From the NCBI RefSeq assembly GCF_039654945.1, contig NW_027361676.1:32426001-32490000 (forward strand): 64,000 nucleotides of DNA, read 5' to 3'. Each line of letters opens with the position of its first letter. The first letter of the stretch is position 1. Below, in pieces: positions 1 to 10,439 of the stretch. The notes beneath the pieces were generated by a model. The model saw only the letters and a program-made list of their open reading frames with translations. It made no database searches and had not been told where the DNA came from. The stretch comes from Dendrobates tinctorius. Lineage: Eukaryota. The translations under genes were made by a program, and so were the position numbers.

Positions 1-1525
1 CTGATGTGCCCAAACAGTGGAAACCCCCCAATTCTAACTCCATCCCTAACCCCAACACACCCCTAAACCTAATCTCAGCCCTAGCCCTAACCCTTGCCCT
101 AAACCTAACCCTAATGGGAAAATGGAAATAAACACATTTTTTTTATTTTATTATTTTTCCCTAACTAATGGGGTGATAACGGGGGGTTTGATTTACTATT
201 TATGGCGGTTTTTATGTTTGGCAGCTGTCACACGCTAAAAGACGCTTTTTATTGTAAAAATAGTTTTTGCATCACCACATATTGAGAGCTATAATTTTTC
301 CATATTTTGACCCACTGAGTCATGTGAGGTCTTATTTTTTGTGGGACGAGTTGGCGCTTTTACTGGTATCATGTTCGGGCACGTGACATCTTTTGATCGC
401 TTTTTATTCTGATTTTTGGGACGCAGAATGAACAAAAACCAGCATTTCATGAATTTCGTTTGGGGGGTGCGTTTACACCGTTCCGCGTGCAGTAAAATTG
501 ATAAAGCCATTTTATTCTTCGGGTCAGTACGGTTACAGCGATGCCTCACTTATGTCATTTTTTTATGTTTTAGCGCTTTTATGCAATGAAAACTGTTTTA
601 TATAAAAAATAATTATTTTTGCATCGCTTTATTCTGCGAGCCATAACTTTTTTATTTTTTCACTGATGATGCTGTTTGGTGGCTCGTTTTTTGCGGGACA
701 AGATGACGTTTTCAGCGGTACCATGCATATTTATATGCGTCTTTTTGATCGCGCGTTATTGCACTTTGTGTTCGGTGGTATGATAATAAATCATTATTTT
801 TTGCTTTGTTTTTTATTTTTATTTTTTATTTTTTAAGGGGTTCGCTAAAGGGGTTAACTAATGGGACAGTTTTATAGGGCGGGTCGTTACGCACACGGCG
901 ATACCAAATATGTGTACTTTTATCGTTTTTGTATTTTTTATTTCCAAAAAATGAATTTATTAGGGAATATTTTTTTTTTTATTTATTTAGCGATTTTTTT
1001 TAAATTATTTGTACACTTTTTTTTTTTTAACTTTATTACATTGTCCCAGGTGGGACATCACTGTCCTGTGACAGATCGCTGATCTGTCACATCACAGATC
1101 ACTGTGACAGATCAGCGATCTGTCACAGGCACTGCACAAGGCTTCCTCCTTGCCTGTGCTTTGCAGGCACTGAGGAAGTCAGCTCCCTACAGCCACCCGA
1201 AGGTCCCCGTCGCCATCTTGGATCCAGGAACCTGCAGGGAAAGAGCCCCCCGCAGCAGCGCTGCACATTGCGCTGCTGTGGGGGGCTCAGGGAAGCACGG
1301 AGGGAGCCCCCTCCCTGCCAATGCTTCCCTTTAACCCCCGGTACACCGCGATCGTGTTTGATTGCGGTGTCCAAGGGGTTAACATGTCGGGGGCGGTCCG
1401 TGACCACCCCTGACACATTGTGCCGGGTGTTACCGCTGATTGCTGTGACGTACTATCCCATCCCTGGGAATTAAGTCCCAGGGCACATGGACGGGATAGT
1501 ACGTCACATGACAGAAAGGGGTTAA
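1..1525 (-). mobile_element. Terminal part of a non-autonomous piggyBac-type DNA transposon, related to 22912-27986 but in the opposite orientation
   Basis: Ends ...aagggg-TTAA at ~1516-1525 (CCC/GGG terminus plus TTAA site). Bases 1-115 are reverse-complement similar to 23970-24042, including ccctaa repeats. Subterminal hairpins at ~1055-1130, 1331-1382 and 1445-1508. No transposase ORF. Confidence 0.75.
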
Positions 1526-3445
1526 AATAATTTTGGAGATTTTTTAACACAGTAATTCCCCCCTTCCCAAAAGAGACTGAATCATAGATGGTAAACATTA
1601 AAAAAAAGCAACGGCAACAGTCTTGGTAAGGAATACTAAAACATTTTTTTCCATAATTATTTCCCACTTATGAAAACGAACTGATCAAGGACAAGAAATG
1701 TAAAAACTCACTTCAACATCAACAGTAGCTTGTGAAGTGTACACTCTATAGACTCTGAGTCACTGAGTTTAGATTAATTTTTCTTTGCTTTCCTGTTCGC
1801 TTCTGCATCAAGAATGAAAAAAAATGTGTAATTAAAATGCAGAAACTACCACCTACACTATATCCCTCTGTTATTAATGACACTCACAGCTGTTGCCAGT
1901 TCTCCTCTTATCTTTATTACTTGAATCTCTAGTCTCATAATACTATACTAATGTTCTTCACTACCACAGTTGTTAAACTGTCTGTAGTATTTGTTCAATA
2001 TTTTATGTTTCCTCTCTCCAACCCTATTGCTGTGTTGTGAGCTCTGACATCATCTCCCTATCATAAATCACCTTAAATAGCTGCTGTGCTCCCTACCTTG
2101 GCTTTCATACTGGCTATGATAGTCTCTCCTGATTGACTGTGCTATGCCATGTGATATGATAGGTGTAAGACCTTATCAAGATATAAACACATGCCATACT
2201 TCAAATCATGGGAACCTTCTCTGGCTGATGCAATCTTCTGCTTTGTGCAAATGGTTGTACACGTTTTTGGCAATTCACAAATTATTCAAACCTGCCAAGT
2301 CCAGCAATTTAAAATTTGCCTCAAATCAATTTGCTCTTCTCTAAGGTCTACTTCTTAATACATGGAAAAAATGCATCAGTACAACTTTTTTCAATTTTTG
2401 CAAAACTAACATTACAATGAAAGGGCTTATGGAGACATTCGTGGATCTCGTTCTGATCACTGACCAGTGACCACAATGCAGGCACTGGCCGTGGGTCTCC
2501 CAATCAGAGTATGACAACTTCATATGTTTCTATGAGGCTTTGAGGCTCGAGTCGCAAGACCAGCAGCCAGTCTATGCATTGCAGTCTGTGATCAAAATGA
2601 GATCCACGTACATCTGCATGAGCCCTAAGGCTGCTTTTCAAGGTAACAAATCTGCTTTATTCTTAGGGCAGGTATACATGACAATTATCAGCTACACAGT
2701 TACTCCAGAAAAAGCCACTGATTAAATTGTAGAACTGCTGAGGTTTTGCTACACATATTACCTTTTATGTTGCAAATTGTGGAATTTGCTGAGCAATCCA
2801 CAGACTAAATTAGCATCATGTGGATCTCAAATCCACAAAACTGCTCAATTTCCAGGCTACTTCCTTTGCAGTATGGGTGTCATGAGGCTCCTTCCCTGTC
2901 CCTAACACTAGAGAAGCCCTAGCTCACCCTGTTCTCAGGGTAACTTTTGATGGTGAAGATGCCAGGGCCACATACCTTGCCTTAGCTCCTGAATCCGCCC
3001 TCAGTCTGTACTCGAGGAAGAGGGGAGCAGTAGTATATAGTAGTACACCAACCAGACTAACAAGGTAATAATATGAACAGAGGTAATGAAAAATACCAAA
3101 CATGCAAATATATTCACACATATAACAGAGTGATGCATCGGGGAGTGGATGATGGGGTTAAACCAAGGTAGGAGAAGAAAGGGAATTATCACACACTCAA
3201 AACCTAGCAGCAGTTGCAGATAAATCCACCGACCGCCTACTCCAATAAACACCAACAACAACCTTCAGCAATGCAGCAAGAGCAACTCTGACAATAAGTG
3301 CTAGCCAGGGCCCAGATTATATAGGAGATGGGAGTGGCTAACAGTGAACAGCTGAGCCTTAACACAGGCAAGCTTCCAGGAGCTCTCAACAGAGCAGATT
3401 AACCCCTGCACTGCCAAAAAAATTTACACTGTTTAATAAGAAGGT

Positions 3446-4499
3446 TGTCACGTTTCCGCCAGACTTAGGGCCTGCTGTTCCGGTCGCGGCCTCTAGGAGG
3501 CGCCGGACCGCCACTTTATCGTCAGACTCAGGGACGGCTGTTCCTGCCTCGGCCACTGGACAGGGCCGTGGTTCTGTCACGTCAGGCTCAGAGCCTACTG
3601 TCCCGGCTTTAGCCTCTAGGAGGCGCCGGTCTGTCACGTCGCCGTTAAATTCTGGGTCTGCTGCTCCTGTCGCGGTCACTAGGAGGCGCCATGGCTCGCC
3701 CAGGAGTTATGGTGCTGACAGAGTAAGGGCACCTGCGCAGGCATCTGGTGGATGCAGGCTCCACCCCTCTGTCAGTCATCAAGAGGTTACTGCATCTCCA
3801 TCTGGCCTGGTCCTGGGGGCGGTACTGATGACATCATCAGTCCAGGAACCTATGAGGGGTGACCTGATCCCTGAAATACCTTGGGACTGGTCTTGCAAGC
3901 CGCCGGATATATTCTTGGTTCCCCTGTGTGTTACTGTGTGAATTGCTTTCTGACTGACTGACTTTGGCCTGGACTTCTGACTCTCCTTCTGCCTAACGAT
4001 TCTGTACCTCTGCGACTCTCCTGGTTTATGACTTTCGGCCTGAATCTGACTCTGCTTCTGCCTAACGATTCTGTACCTCTGCTACTCTCCTGGTTTATGA
4101 CTCTTGGCCTGAATCTGACTCTGCTTCTGCCTAACGATTCTGTACCTCTGCTACTCTCCTGGTTTATGACTCTCAGCCTGAATCTGACTCTGCTTCTGCC
4201 TAACGATTCTGTACCTCTGCTACTCTCCTGGTTTATGACTCTCGGCCTGAATCTGACTCTGCTTCTGTCTACCGTTTTTGTACCATTGCTGCCCGACTGG
4301 TTTAGACTCGCATATCTCCACGTTTGTGTCCTGTATTGGAACACCTTTCTGGCGACTGTCCTGCTCTGGTCACTGCTCCTATTCAGACAGCGCCTCCTGG
4401 GCTCTGCTATAAATCCAGATCCCTGTATAGGGGTAAAGGGTATCAGTGTTTCTCGGGGTGTTGCCTGGCTGCAGCCCAGACCCGCAGGCGGACGTCACA
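3446..4499 (+). repeat. 5' LTR of element A
   Basis: 1054-bp direct repeat of 8061-9045. Contains ~60-bp repeats in U3 and 69-bp tandem repeats at ~3960-4270. Confidence 0.97.
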
Positions 4500-7400
4500 T
4501 TATATCCGGCCATATAAAAAAAAACTGCTTCTTGTGTATATATCCAGCATATACAAAAGCAGTCTCCCTGAACTTTTTTTTTCTCTCCCTTCTTCTGACT
4601 GAGCTGATTTCTGGCCTAAACACCTGGTTCAGTGCACAGCCTGAAGGAGCACTTTCATCTTCCTGCACCAGTATGCTGCAGTCTGGAGCCTTCAGAGAGA
4701 GAGCTGAGCGTCAGAGAGCCATACTACTGAGACATCGGCCTCTGGGCAACTCTGGCTATGGTTGCCCAGGGGCACAGGTATTGCCCGCAGATGCGGCTAA
4801 AGTTTTATTGCCTATTGCCCTTTCTTTTGGTCAGAAATCTCAGTGTGTGAACGCATATGTGGATTGTGGATCTGAAGGGAATTTTATGGATTCTTTGGTT
4901 GCTAAAAGTCTCGGTGTACCCCTATTAAGACTTAATGCCCCTATAAAAACTACGGCTATTAATGGCACATCTATTGTCCAGGAGGGGGTTAAATTTGTTA
5001 CTGACAAAATCACTATGTCGGTGGGAGCATTGCATACCGAGGTTATGTCATTTTTTGTGATGGATAATTTGTCTGCTGCAGTCATTTTGGGGATGCCATG
5101 GCTACGCCAGCATAATCCAGTCATCGACTGGCACCTAGGCGATGTTATACGCTGGAGTTCACACTGTCAGGAAAACTGCATGTCGCTAACAGTAAACCAA
5201 ATTAAAGTTAAACCCCTCCACATACCGTTTGCCTTCAGAGATTTTGAGGATGTCTTTTCTATTGCAAAATCTGAAAAGCTACCCCCTCACAGAAAGTATG
5301 ATTGCCCTATAGATCTGATTCCAGATGCCCGTCTCCCAAAAGGGAGAATATTTAATCTCTCAGGTCCAGAGCGTCAGGCTATGAACGAGTACATAGCTGA
5401 TAGCTTAAAAAAGGGGTTTATTAGACCGTCCATTTCACCAGTTGGAGCTGGCTTCTTCTTTGTAGAAAAGAAAGATGGTGGTCTCAGACCCTGCATTGAC
5501 TACCGGGAATTGAATGCAATCACTATAAAGAACCAGTACCCGCTTCCACTCATCCCTGATCTTTTTAATCAGCTAATGGGAGCCTGTTGGTTTACTAAAC
5601 TGGACCTCCGGGGGGCATACAATCTAGTCCGCATAAGAGACGGGGATGAGTGGAAAACAGCCTTTAATACCCCTCTTGGCCACTTTGAGTACCTGGTAAT
5701 GCCCTTCGGACTCAGTAACGCACCTGCGGTGTTCCAGCACTTTGTAAATGACATTTTCAGGGACATTTGTGGGGTGTATGTCGTCGTGTATTTAGATGAC
5801 ATTTTGATTTATTCTGCTGACCCTGTGACACATGCTCAGCATGTTCGCTCTGTACTGCAGAGACTGCGAGAACACTCTCTGTTTGCTAAACTGGAGAAAT
5901 GTGTTTTTTTTGCGGAGGAGGTACAATTTTTAGGATATGTGGTTTCAAGCACAGGCTTCCGTATGGATCCTGCCAAGATCCAACCTATTAAAACTTGGGT
6001 GCAACCCAAGTCGCTAAAAGCGCTGCAGCGATTTTTAGGGTTTGCAAATTATTACCGAAAATTCATCAGGGGTTTCTCCGAAATTGCTAAACCACTCACG
6101 GATTTGACCCGAAAAGGGGCAGACGTGACCAATCTGAACCCTGATGCAATTCAGGCTTTTGCTACGTTAAAAGAGTGCTTTGTAGCCAACCCAGTTTTGG
6201 TTCAGCCTGATCTGGACCGCCCGTTTATTGTAGAGGTGGACGCCTCTGAGGTCGGAGTGGGAGCAGTGCTGTCGCAAGGCACTGCATCACTCACTCAGCT
6301 TCGCCCATGTGCCTTTTTCTCCCGCAAATTCTCTGCCACTGAGAAGAATTACGATATAGGTAATCGGGAGTTATTGGCGATCAAATGGGCCTTCGAGGAA
6401 TGGCGCCACTTCCTCGAAGGCGCCAAACATAAGATCACTGTGATTACAGATCACAAGAATCTGACTTACCTGGAGTCAGCAAAAAGATTAAATCCTAGAC
6501 AAGCGAGGTGGGCCTTGTTCTTCTCTAGGTTTGATTTCTTAATAACCTTTCATCCTGGTACCAAAAATGTGAGGGCTGATTCTCTCTCTCGAAGTTTCTG
6601 CCCCTCACAGGCTGAGGACTCGGAGCCAGTTCCAATACTGGCCAATGGTATTGTTGTGTCGGCTGTGTCTCTGGACCTTCTGGAGGAGATCCGTAGGTCC
6701 CCAGAACCAGCCCCTGACTCGACGCCCCCCCAGAAATTGTTTGTTCCAGCTCCGTTTCGCCTACAAGTTCTGAAGGAGTCGCACGACTCCGTCCTGGCAG
6801 GCCATCCTGGGGTCAATAATACCGCCAGACTTGTGACTAGGAGTTTTTGGTGGCCAACGGTAGTTAAGGACTGCAAGGATTATGTACTAGCTTGTGAAAC
6901 CTGTGCTCGCGCCAAGTCCCCTCACAATCGGCCTGCCGGCTGGCTCCAGTCCTTGCCCGCTCCAGAGAGTCCATGGACCCACATCTCCATGGACTTCATT
7001 ACTGACCTACCACCCTCAGAGGGGAAGACATGTATCTGGGTGGTGGTGGACAGGTTCAGTAAGCAATGTCATTTTGTTCCCCTCTCTGGATTACCTAATT
7101 CAGAAACTCTGAGTAAGTTGTTTATTGTTCATGTAATAAGGCTGCATGGCGCTCCAGAGAATATCGTGTCCGACAGAGGTACCCAGTTTGTTTCCAAATT
7201 CTGGAGAGCATTCTGCAAATGTATTGGTATTGAATTATCCTTCTCCTCCGCTTACCACCCTGAGACCAATGGTCAAACGGAGCGTACCAACCAGGCTCTA
7301 GAGCAATATCTTCGCTGCTATGTCTCGGAACATCAGTCTGATTGGGCGGAACATCTCCCATTAGCTGAGTTCGCTCTAAATAACCAGTACCAGGAATCTA

Positions 7401-8083
7401 TCAAAACCACCCCGTTCTTCTGCAATCATGGTTTGCACCCACGTTTTGGTTCATTTTCGGCCAAGATGTCGGAGCTTCCGGGAGTAGAGAATTCCATACG
7501 TCACTTAAGGACAATCTGGTCGGAGGTGAACACAAACTTGAAAGGGTCCCAGGTCAGGCAGGCTTCGGCCGCAAATAAACGGAGGTCCACGGGGCCGCAC
7601 CTAGGAGTTGGGGACAAAGTTTGGCTGTCTACCAGAAACATTAAGCTTAAGGTGCCATCTGCCAAACTGGGGCCCAGGTTTATTGGTCCCTACGAGATAT
7701 TAGAAGTAATTAACCCGGTAGCCTTTCGATTAAGGCTCCCTCAGTCTTTTAAAATTCCTAATGTTTTCCACAAATCCCTTCTCAAGGTGTACCGCTCCCC
7801 AATTCATCCCGTCCAGTCCCCTCCTCCTCCAGTTTTGGTCAAGGGTGCCTTGGAGTACGAAGTCCAGGGCATCCTTGATTCCCGTTTAGTGAGAAAGTCT
7901 GTGCAATATTTAGTTCATTGGAAAGGCTATGGCCCAGAGGAGAGGTCCTGGGTCCCCGCTAGTGACATTCATGCCAAGGGGTTGATTAGAAGGTTTCACC
8001 TCCTTCACCCTGATAAACCGGGTTTTGAGGGTCCGGAGGCCCCTCTTGGAGGGGGGGTACTGTCACGTTTCCGCCAGACTTAG
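4028..8083 (+). CDS. pol: Uninterrupted Pol polyprotein (protease-RT-RNase H-integrase-chromodomain). Possible starts at ATG 4028 (in the LTR) or ATG 4673.
   Basis: VDCGSEGN protease, YLDD RT, EVDAS/TDHKNL RNase H, HHCC and SMDF/SDRG/GQTE integrase, GPY motif, YEVQGILD...YLVHWKGY chromodomain. No stop codon in 1351 codons. Confidence 0.93.
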   Translation: MTFGLNLTLLLPNDSVPLLLSWFMTLGLNLTLLLPNDSVPLLLSWFMTLSLNLTLLLPNDSVPLLLSWFMTLGLNLTLLLSTVFVPLLPDWFRLAYLHVCVLYWNTFLATVLLWSLLLFRQRLLGSAINPDPCIGVKGISVSRGVAWLQPRPAGGRHIISGHIKKNCFLCIYPAYTKAVSLNFFFLSLLLTELISGLNTWFSAQPEGALSSSCTSMLQSGAFRERAERQRAILLRHRPLGNSGYGCPGAQVLPADAAKVLLPIALSFGQKSQCVNAYVDCGSEGNFMDSLVAKSLGVPLLRLNAPIKTTAINGTSIVQEGVKFVTDKITMSVGALHTEVMSFFVMDNLSAAVILGMPWLRQHNPVIDWHLGDVIRWSSHCQENCMSLTVNQIKVKPLHIPFAFRDFEDVFSIAKSEKLPPHRKYDCPIDLIPDARLPKGRIFNLSGPERQAMNEYIADSLKKGFIRPSISPVGAGFFFVEKKDGGLRPCIDYRELNAITIKNQYPLPLIPDLFNQLMGACWFTKLDLRGAYNLVRIRDGDEWKTAFNTPLGHFEYLVMPFGLSNAPAVFQHFVNDIFRDICGVYVVVYLDDILIYSADPVTHAQHVRSVLQRLREHSLFAKLEKCVFFAEEVQFLGYVVSSTGFRMDPAKIQPIKTWVQPKSLKALQRFLGFANYYRKFIRGFSEIAKPLTDLTRKGADVTNLNPDAIQAFATLKECFVANPVLVQPDLDRPFIVEVDASEVGVGAVLSQGTASLTQLRPCAFFSRKFSATEKNYDIGNRELLAIKWAFEEWRHFLEGAKHKITVITDHKNLTYLESAKRLNPRQARWALFFSRFDFLITFHPGTKNVRADSLSRSFCPSQAEDSEPVPILANGIVVSAVSLDLLEEIRRSPEPAPDSTPPQKLFVPAPFRLQVLKESHDSVLAGHPGVNNTARLVTRSFWWPTVVKDCKDYVLACETCARAKSPHNRPAGWLQSLPAPESPWTHISMDFITDLPPSEGKTCIWVVVDRFSKQCHFVPLSGLPNSETLSKLFIVHVIRLHGAPENIVSDRGTQFVSKFWRAFCKCIGIELSFSSAYHPETNGQTERTNQALEQYLRCYVSEHQSDWAEHLPLAEFALNNQYQESIKTTPFFCNHGLHPRFGSFSAKMSELPGVENSIRHLRTIWSEVNTNLKGSQVRQASAANKRRSTGPHLGVGDKVWLSTRNIKLKVPSAKLGPRFIGPYEILEVINPVAFRLRLPQSFKIPNVFHKSLLKVYRSPIHPVQSPPPPVLVKGALEYEVQGILDSRLVRKSVQYLVHWKGYGPEERSWVPASDIHAKGLIRRFHLLHPDKPGFEGPEAPLGGGVLSRFRQT

Positions 8084-9045
8084 GGCCTGCTGTTCCGGTC
8101 GCGGCCTCTAGGAGGCGCCGGACCGCCACTTTATCGTCAGACTCAGGGACGGCTGTTCCTGCCTCGGCCACTGGACAGGGCCGTGGTTCTGTCACGTCAG
8201 GCTCAGAGCCTACTGTCCCGGCTTTAGCCTCTAGGAGGCGCCGGTCTGTCACGTCGCCGTTAAATTCTGGGTCTGCTGCTCCTGTCGCGGTCACTAGGAG
8301 GCGCCATGGCTCGCCCAGGAGTTATGGTGCTGACAGAGTAAGGGCACCTGCGCAGGGATCTGGTGGATGCAGGCTCCACCCCTCTGTCAGTCATCAAGAG
8401 GTTACTGCATCTCCATCTGGCCTGGTCCTGGGGGCGGTACTGATGACATCATCAGTCCAGGAACCTATGAGGGGTGACCTGATCCCTGAAATACCTTGGG
8501 ACTGGTCTTGCAAGCCGCCGGATATATTCTTGGTTCCCCTGTGTGTTACTGTGTGAATTGCTTTCTGACTGACTGACTTTGGCCTGGACTTCTGACTCTC
8601 CTTCTGCCTAACGATTCTGTACCTCTGCGACTCTCCTGGTTTATGACTTTCGGCCTGAATCTGACTCTGCTTCTGCCTAACGATTCTGTACCTCTGCTAC
8701 TCTCCTGGTTTATGACTCTCGGCCTGAATCTGACTCTGCTTCTGCCTAACGATTCTGTACCTCTGCTACTCTCCTGGTTTATGACTCTCGGCCTGAATCT
8801 GACTCTGCTTCTGTCTACCGTTTTTGTACCATTGCTGCCCGACTGGTTTAGACTCGCATATCTCCACGTTTGTGTCCTGTATTGGAACACCTTTCTGGCG
8901 ACTGTCCTGCTCTGGTCACTGCTCCTATTCAGGCAGCGCCTCCTGGGCTCTGCTATAAATCCAGATCCCTGTATAGGGGTAAAGGGTATCAGTGTTTCTC
9001 GGGGTGTTGCCTGGCTGCAGCCCAGACCCGCAGGCGGACGTCACA
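8061..9045 (+). repeat. 3' LTR of element A
   Basis: 985 bp, one 69-bp unit shorter than the 5' LTR. Confidence 0.97.
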
Positions 9046-10439
9046 AAGGTGAAGTGCTTCTATTCAGTGCAGGAAAAGGAGAAATCAGATGCTGTGGTCT
9101 TCTAGCTCCTCTCTGATGCAGTAAACCTGTGACAATTGGGCTAACATTTTGGGAAATCTCACCCACAATAATTTATATGTGAAACGCAGTGGATTTTCTA
9201 TCTTACTAATTCACTATGTATCTGCCCTGTGTGCACAATCTAAGAGCTAAAAACTAGGGTGTTATATGTTTTACTGACTTTTATTACATGCTCTAGCTGT
9301 TGTGCTCTACCTCCCTACTGATTGTATATTGACTACATCTTAATGACATTTTTCAAGCCATAGACTGGTGTCTTTTGTTGATTGTAGTGTGAGTTTGCTT
9401 ACAGTGTGCATTAGTAATTAGTATCTCTGGTTGCCCGGAGTTAAATTGAACCTGTCACCTGATTCATTCTACTCAAAGCTGGTTAATTTTCGAGACATCT
9501 TCCTCTACATTTGGGGATAAGATTTTGTGGAATCTCACCCACAATACTTTAATTGGAAAATTCAAGATTTTCCATACGTTAAATCCACGATGAAACTGCC
9601 CTGTGTTTACAACCTAGAAGATGAAAAATAGAGTAAATAGAGATAGTGTATTGTACTGACTTTCAGTTCGTGCTATAAATGTTGCAAAAAACTTGGCACT
9701 CGGTTAAATGTTGCGCTAGTATAGTCTGTAATTTGTAGTGGTATGTGTGACAATGGATGCTTGTGAATCGCTGACTGACTCATTTTGGAACCCCTTCCCT
9801 CTGATACGTATGTTAGTAGGGCTAGTTTCAAGTCAGCGCCAAGTAGTGGCACTGCCTAGTGCCGCAGTGCTCCCAGCTCCTATCACATGTTGGAGCCAGT
9901 GTGCGCCACGCTACATTAGGCACTACAGTACCGCATGTTCAGCAGCATAAGTCAGAGTGGCGCCGTGCGCCATTAATGCGCTTTCCAGGCCAAAGATTAG
10001 GCTGGTTAGTGGCATCCGCCAGAGCTGCGCTGTACGTACTTCGTGCGGTATTCATCTGTCAGCTGCACCGTGACTGTTAACAGGGCACAGCGTTCAGTAA
10101 GGGTCTCTCCCTGGAGTCGCAGTTGTGGCACCGAACGCTAGTGGGTCTAGAGGGACTCTAACCCCGTGTCCTTGGAGCAGGGTACAGTGACCAAAACACT
10201 AGCGTTCACTCTGCAGTATCGCGACACTATGAAGCAATAGGGTGTGCCTCCTATTCACCGGGTGAAGTTAACCCATGTGTGTTTGCTATACCGCCAGTTT
10301 CTGTCCGCCATAACCAAACAGCAGTCTACCATCTCTGCACAGTGGACCCCAGGCTGCGAATGCACCTCATTACCATCTTTTATTATTTGGTGCATTCCGC
10401 CAGCCCTAACATTATACTAGCACCAGGGTCTGGCTAGTA

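Larger units (their letters stand above)
3446..9045 (+). mobile_element. Young Ty3/gypsy chromovirus (sushi/Tf1-like) LTR retrotransposon A, lacking gag
   Basis: LTRs 3446-4499 and 8061-9045 (TG...CA), near-identical apart from one 69-bp repeat unit and a few substitutions. 5-bp TSD aaggt (3441-3445, 9046-9050). PPT ggaggggggg before 8061. Confidence 0.97.
2878..9134. mobile_element. Older solo LTR (2878-3445 + 9051-9134) split by element A
   Basis: Termini tgtca...tgaca. Flanks atggg/attgg fit a 5-bp TSD with one mismatch. Confidence 0.6.

Noticed and set aside
3931-4344. Arg-rich repeat ORFs on the minus strand (also 8546-8890)
   Set aside because: Antisense reading of the 69-bp LTR repeat, with no independent support.
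4028-4500. Envelope gene in element A
   Set aside because: The hydrophobic repeats come from the LTR and lie upstream of pol, with no furin site, fusion peptide or cysteine pattern.
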